DNA of 64,000 nt. It comes from the human T2T-CHM13v2.0 reference genome, Homo sapiens. This document shows positions 53,071 through 64,000 of the stretch, piece by piece. The translations under genes were made by a program, and so were the position numbers. Each line of letters begins with the position of its first letter. Position 1 is the stretch's first letter. Location of the stretch: assembly GCF_009914755.1 (NCBI RefSeq), contig NC_060928.1. One strand, written 5' to 3'. Below the pieces are notes generated by a model. That model was given only the letters and a program-made list of their open reading frames with translations. It was not told the origin of the DNA and made no database searches.

Positions 53071-54316
53071 ATAAGTAAAACTGTTTCAAAATCAAGGCAG
53101 TTCGCTTAATAAAATCATGATGTTTCAGTCAGGCATACTGACTCACACCTGTAATCCCAGCACTTTGGGAAGCCAAGGCAGGCAGATCCCAGGCCAGGAG
53201 TTCAAGACCAGCCTGGCCAACATGGTGAAACCCCATCTCTGTTTAAAAAAAAGAAAAGTAAAAACATTTTAAAAAAATAATAAGATAAACATGATGTTTT
53301 AAACTCAAGTACTTAACCAAAGTATTCAACCTACAACATTATAGGTCTTTGATGTGTATATTACTTTGAACATGAATGTTTGTATCATTTGTGAGACAGA
53401 ATTATATTGGAGATGTGTATTTTGATTTCCCCAAAGATAACAAACCTTGTCTCTTTTCTAAGATCATACCACTCCCATACATCATTCAAGAACAATGAGG
53501 CATTCAATTATCCATCACAACTTTTCCAAGCGCAGTATTAGAAGCAACCCAGGGACCATGGAGAGATAAATGTGCATTACAGTCATCTCTGAATAAGCCA
53601 TTCTTGTCTTATTTATTATGACCTTGCATAGGCACTCATTCAAATACATTCAGCAAACACTTATAATGTACCTAGCAGGTGCCAGGTGCTCTACTAGGTG
53701 CTGAGCAGTCAACAATGAATCAGATCTAGTTCTTGAAGTTCAGTTGAGAAAATCAAAGTCACCTAGGAGAGAAGAGCAAGGAGTCAAATATGGTGCATGT
53801 GACAAGTGAGAATGGGTAGGGGTGGTGGAAGCACACGTAGGAGGCAACCTTCACTCAGGGCCAAGAGTGGGAAGAGGAGGAGATAGCGCCCAGGCTGCAT
53901 CTTGAAAGCACAGTTAGCAGAAGTAGGGACTGGGACACATGGTGGGAGGAAGCAGCAGCAGGAGCAGAGATGTCTGGGAACCAGCCAGAGAGTCACTTTG
54001 TCTGGACTGGAGACTTAAATTGAGGAAAGGCCGGATAGGCAAACAGAGCCATGAAGGGGAAGGGCTTTGGTAAGGGGTTTGAATTTTCTCCTTAAAACAA
54101 CAGAGCATCAGTAAAGGGCTTTATATCAGTTACTGAGTGATAGGATCAGATTGCTTTTTTGGAAACATGAATCTGCCGGTGTGTGATGGTGAAACAGAAT
54201 ATGTGGCAGGGGTAGTGAGAGAAACCAGGTAAGGAGTGTTGAGACCATCCATGCAGACATTAGGAAAGCCTGGCAGCTGCAGAGGGGTGAAGAAGAGGAG
54301 AGAGTCTGGAGAGGGT

Positions 54317-54686
54317 TGATATGGTTAGGTTTTGTGTCCTCACCCAAATCCCATCTTGAATTGTAATCCCCGGGTGTTTAGGGGGAGATCTGGTGGGTAG
54401 TGAGTGGATTATGGGGGGGGGGGGGGTTTCCCCCGTGCTGTGCTTGTGATAGTGAGTGGATTCTCATGAGGTCTGATGGTTTTATAAATGGTAGTTTCTC
54501 CTGCACTGACACACCCTCTCTCGCCAGTTGCCATGTAAGATGTGCCTACTTCCCCTTCTGCCATGATTGTAAGTTTCCTGAGGCCTCCCCAGCCATAGGA
54601 AACTGTGAGTCAATTAAAGCTCTTTCCTTTATAAATTACCCAGTCTCGGAAAGTTCTTTATAGCAGTGTGAAAACGGACTAATACA
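54317..54686 (+). mobile_element. Solo THE1/MST MaLR LTR inserted in an L2 remnant
   Basis: TGATATGG...GACTAATACA termini; perfect 5-bp TSD AGGGT (54312-54316, 54687-54691). Confidence 0.92.
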
Positions 54687-56609
54687 AGGGTATTAAGGGA
54701 ATAGTTCTTAGGATTAGATATGGAGGTGAAGGAGGAAAAAGTAGAATGGGAGAACTCTTACCAGTTTTTGAACTCCTGAAAGATTAAGCCCTGGCTTTTC
54801 ATCTCTGTACCAACCTAGCCACCTTGACAAAGTAAGTCCTCAATTTGTTAGCAGTAGAATAGAATTTCCTGGTTTTCTGTTAGAAACTGAGTCTCTGAGT
54901 CGTTTTCACATGCTCCTGGAATACCCTTCACTTTCAAGTATATAAAGCTGTTAGGAGAGTGAATTTATGACTCTCAGAAGGGCCTCCTGTTTTTGTTCAT
55001 CTGCCCATTGAGCGGCTTCTTACTGAATTAATGGCCTGGTGCATGAATCACAGGGACTGCCAGTGCAGAATTGAGTGCTGACAGGTGGTTTCGGCTCTCT
55101 CATATCTCTGTTGCTGCCTTGAGTTCTAGGCAAGGGTCAGCCATGGCTGAAGCCTTCCCCTGCATCTGTCCCTGCCCCCAGGTCTCTCACAGGCATCAAT
55201 AGCGTACATATTTATACTCATTCTGTAGAAAGGCCACTGTTCACGTCTCTCTGCCTACAACCCCTGAATAAATTCCTACAGCTCTACTGATTGAGGCCTT
55301 TTTAAATCATTTTTTGACTGAATGACTGAGCAAATGAAGCATTGTGCTCATGAAGTGCTAGATAGGGGAGTAGCAGACTTGCTTTCTGAAGCCAGAGTGC
55401 ATTCAATGTGTTTCAACAGGAAGGCACCCAGAAGAGAAGGAAACCAGGGAACATAGGACTGAAATCTCTATAGGAGCAGCAGAGATGGTGTTAGCAGATA
55501 GTCATTCAAGAGGCAGAGATGACTTGGAGCCTCGCTGGGCAGAGAAAGCCTCACAGAGGAAAATGGGTCCCTAAAGACAGTTAGGATTTAGCCAAACATG
55601 GGGGGATTGGGGGGAGGTGTACTATTGGCCTACTAGGCTGAAGGACTCCTTTTGTGGGTCTGCTGCTTGCACGGTATGATGTTCAGAATCCCTGAACCCT
55701 GTCCACTAAGTGCAGCAGGTCCAAAATACCCCCTCCCTGGAGGGCTGTACTTCCCTGGGTGTGAATCATGGATGGATAGCAGAGGGGAGTGTGACCAAAG
55801 GGAGAAGACTAAGGTGCGGGGAAAATACGCGAGGCTTATTTGCAGACTGCTGACAGAGCATCATGATAGTGGTAGAAGATGCACCAGGAAAACAATGTTT
55901 CAAACAGGCTGAAAATGAGGGTTATCTCTAAGTGCTAGTCACAACACGTCCAGATGACTCCAAAGGACCGTGTTAACACGAATGTCAGGCCCAATGAAGA
56001 GGTCAAAGGCATTAGCCAGGTGTCGTGGTGCATGCCTGTAGTCCCAGATACTCCAGAGGTGGAGGTGGGAGGATCGCTTGAGCCCAGGCAGTTGAGGCTG
56101 CAGTGAGCTATGATGACACACCGCACTCTAGCCTGGGTGACAGAGTAAGATGCTGTCTCAAAATCAAAGGAATGTGGTAAATATGATGTGAGCTTTGAAC
56201 TTGGAACTAATTTGGAATACCACTTACCACTTACCAGCTGTTTCCTTGGGCAAGTTATTTATGTTTTCTCAGCCGGTTTAATCATCTTCAAAATGAAGAT
56301 CATACTTGCTCAAAGAGTTATTGGAATTTACATAAAGTGCCAGTTTTGATTACTTGTGTTCATGTTAATTGAGGGTGTTACACATTAAAAGGACCACGAC
56401 AAAATGGGCAGGACTATTTGTAGGACATTCAAGAGATCCACAAAAATATAAGATGATCTTTACTGAACTACATTACTCTACACCTACTCTGTGCTAAATG
56501 CTAATATTAATAACTTATGTATTTTATTCAATTCTACTCTGAGTTAGCCTTTAATCACTTTGTAGAGGGGGTAAATTAGGCTCAAAAAAGTTGCCTAATG
56601 TACATAAAA

Positions 56610-58240
<1,631 letters not shown>

Positions 58241-58567
58241 ACTAAAAGGATAAACTGGGATGGGTTTGGAAGACCTCCACATTGTACTTCTGGCTTCTTT
58301 CATGATCTCATCTAGTAGTCATGAGACGCATAGCTAGCAAAGACGACTCTCCCCTTAATTCTGAAGAATGACCAATAATCCATTCCTTTTCCTGACCCCT
58401 TTGAGAATTACAAAGTGTGTATTTAATGAAAAATTAAGTAATGAGTATCTGTTAACTAAGGAAGTTAATGATGATAGGATACTTGCACATAACGTGTCAA
58501 CATTTACATCATCATGAGGGCTGTAATTATATCACTGATAATATGAATAAATACAAAAGTATTTCGG

Positions 58568-58848
<281 letters not shown>

Positions 58849-59273
58849 CATAAATACAAATTTTTGAAGAAACATCAGCATCTGTTTTTAAAACTAGAAG
58901 TTATTTTAAGTCTGTGCCTAAAGTTGACCATTAACATGTGTAGCTGCAAAAGGTGGATTTATCTGTCACTGTATGACACATGACTTTTAGATCAAACAAC
59001 ATTCATATTTTTGCTCGTTTTCCCTCATTTTTTCTTGTGTGTATAGAAAAAGTGATAGCAGTATACATGATGAAGAAAAACTTTACAGTTGAATGGTGCT
59101 AATTGTATATCATTGCCAACAGCTTCAAATAGAAAACCAGTTCAGTCCAATAGTTATTTAATTTTTTCCACCCAGTGCGTAGGATCAAAGTAAAGCTTTT
59201 GAAGTTTATTCTCTTGAAGGTTTAATGTATGAAATTATTATGACTGTTATTCTATAATAAATTAAAATTTTCA

Positions 59274-60641
<1,368 letters not shown>

Positions 60642-60689
60642 TATTTATACTAATTTTAAGCGTCCGGGTTGGTAAATTTTGGTTATTGT

Positions 60690-61570
<881 letters not shown>

Positions 61571-62025
61571 AAAGTTTTAATCAAAGTATTTGTCAAATGA
61601 AATACCAAAATGCGGTTATTGGAAAAATCATTTGCAAACAGAGAAACTTGAAATTTATCCTTTCATAAGCACAGTGAGTACTGAACAAATTAAACAATAA
61701 GCCCTCAAATAGTATACAATATTAATGTTGAAATTCTGTAATTGCATTTTAGAATATTTCAACTTGCAGGATAAGTCATTTGCTGAAGCACCTATTTTTA
61801 ATTAGATAAATTTATGTTCTGTACTGGAATAAAACGAAATTGTGGAAGCCCATAATTATGTGGAATCATAAATAGAGACAATTTATATTATGAAGTTGTT
61901 CTTATGAAATATTTGTTGAAGAAAGCTACTCTGAATGAAAACAAAAAAGACAGCATCTGTGAAAATATTGAGGCTGAAATATTTATGCATTTCAATGCAC
62001 AAAAACATAGAATGATGAATATCCT

Positions 62026-62425
62026 TGTATTAGTTTGCTAGGGCTGTTATAACAAAATATCATAGACTGGGTGACTTAAAACAACAGTAGTTTATTTCTC
62101 ACAAATCTGGAGGCTGGGAAGTCCAAGGTATCAGCAGGTTTGGCTTCTTCTGAGGCCTCTCTCGGCTTGCAGACGGCCACCTTCTTGCTGTGTCCTCACG
62201 TGGCCTTTCCTCTGGGTAGGTTAATCCCTGGCATCTCTTTGTGTATCCAAATTTCCCTTAGAGGACACCAGTCAGATTGGATTAGGGGCTACCCTCATAA
62301 ACTCATCTTAACTTAAGCACCTCTATAAAGCCCCTATCTCCAAATAGGGCCACATTCTGAAGTACTGTAGGTTAGGACTTCACCATATGAATTTGAAAGG
62401 GCAGGATACAATTCAGCCCATAGCA
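62026..62425 (-). mobile_element. Solo MLT1A/B-like MaLR LTR
   Basis: TGTATTAGTTTGCTAGGGCTG...CAATTCAGCCCATAGCA; perfect 5-bp TSD ATCCT. Confidence 0.9.
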
Positions 62426-63036
62426 ATCCTCCATTTAGCAGACCAGGTTCTGACATTCCTTTAACTTCCATATAATGCAGGAGGAGACATGACCACAAAC
62501 GTCTGGTGAGAGATAAAAGTCAGGCAGAAAGTAGCGCCCTCTGCCCTGCAATCAGGAACCACCCTGTGTTATGTGCTTTGCTGCATGTCACTGTTGATCT
62601 GTCAGGCTCCAAAGTCTACCTATTGAGGCCAATAATATCTACCTGACCCTCTCACATTGGCATCTTTTAAAAAATAGTTTTATTTCTACTGTTTATAAAA
62701 TACATGCTCATTGCAAAATAGAAATAAAATGCTAGTGAATAATACAAAAGAAAAAAAGGATCGCCTCCAAAACACACCCAGTGATAGCCACTGTTACCAT
62801 GCTGGATATATGTCCATCAGAATGTTTTCTCTATACAAACAACTTGTATGCTTTTAATATAAAAAATAGAAATCATAATATATACTCTTTTTCAGCTTTT
62901 AAAATTGCATATATTTCAGATGTACAATGTGATGTTTTGATACACATGTGAACATGGTCCAGCATATGAACATATCTATGCCCTAACGTAGTCAGCTTTC
63001 GTTTTCTACTTAACATCATGGACATCTCTCCTTTCA

Positions 63037-63240
<204 letters not shown>

Positions 63241-63894
63241 TCCCAAAATTTAGGCTGGCTACCCCACCTGACCCCAAGACTAGATTGTACTTAGATTCAT
63301 TGGAACATGGTAGAAATTTCAGGACCAAAAGCAGCAAAGACCACTCAGTGCTAAGCAGAGTTCAAGCATTTGCCCCTACTGTTTGCAACCCTCTGCCTAA
63401 ATGTAGGATACCAAATGTTGCTGAGCCTCAAGTTAGGGAAACTCTCTCAGTGATCTGGGAGTAGACAAGGGGCCTCTGGTATTCTGCAGGTCTGTTTCTG
63501 CAGGCCTGCGGAGATTGTCTTTCCAAGGTGGGAGCTGCCCTTACCTCTTTAATTTACTTTCCTCCAGGCTGAAATTGTGAACCTTGGCCACTCCCAATTA
63601 AAATTCTCTTCTCTCATTTGGGACACTGAAGGGCATCTTTCACCCCCAGCTGTCAAATAGAAACATAGAAAGCAACTCAACATAGCCTTCAACAACCAGG
63701 AACTGTAGAAAAAGAATTTGCAAACATTGCACATTCTCCTTTGTTGCTTCAAATATGTGGTATCTTCTAGGAACTGGGCCCAGAGGTGAGTGAATAAGAA
63801 AAGCAGATGTTTGTCCTAGTCTGTTCATTCCATCTCCAAACAAGATAAATATTACAGGGTAAAAGGATCATCAGCCCAGTAACACAAAATCCTC

Positions 63895-64000
63895 TTTTTT
63901 TTTTTTTTTTTTTTTGGAGACATAGTCTCACTCTGTTGCCCAGGCTGGAGTGCAGTAGCACGATCTTGGCTCACTGCAACCTCTGCCTCCCGGGTTCAAG
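63895..64000 (-). mobile_element. Alu, cut off by the window edge
   Basis: Poly(T) followed by gagacatagtctcactctgttgcccaggctggagtgcagt. Confidence 0.9.

Overview
Primate (almost certainly human, chr4p15.2) genomic DNA. The left half holds the 5' part of SEPSECS on the minus strand. SEPSECS encodes O-phosphoseryl-tRNA(Sec) selenium transferase (SepSecS, the SLA/LP autoantigen). I traced coding exons 1-8 by hand (ATG at 32292, exon 8 ends at 16697). All have GT-AG junctions, and together they give 1026 nt / 342 codons in one open frame; the remaining exons lie left of position 1. A CpG-rich, TATA-less bidirectional promoter sits at about 31.8-32.7 kb, with NRF1-, YY1-, ETS-, GC-box- and NF-kB-like motifs. 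A plus-strand splice donor there fits the divergent transcript known as SEPSECS-AS1. The right half has no credible protein-coding exon and is mostly repeats: about 30 Alus across the window, L1, L2, MIR, MaLR/ERV LTRs, MER2/MER5/MER63 DNA elements and a decayed gag-pro-pol provirus. Most ORF-track entries are Alu/L1 artefacts. Best leads: (1) a 56-codon uORF whose UGA stop overlaps the SEPSECS AUG and shares a frame with an alternative exon-1 ORF that becomes in-frame when exon 2 is skipped; (2) three alternating-orientation Alus that could compete to loop out exon 2 or exon 3; (3) a near-perfect ~125-bp MIR fold-back around nested mini-palindromes at 34.8-35.2 kb; (4) a candidate 212-nt poison exon in intron 6. 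These are hypotheses, not an established new system. Repeat subfamily names come from my memory of consensus sequences, and repeat boundaries are approximate.
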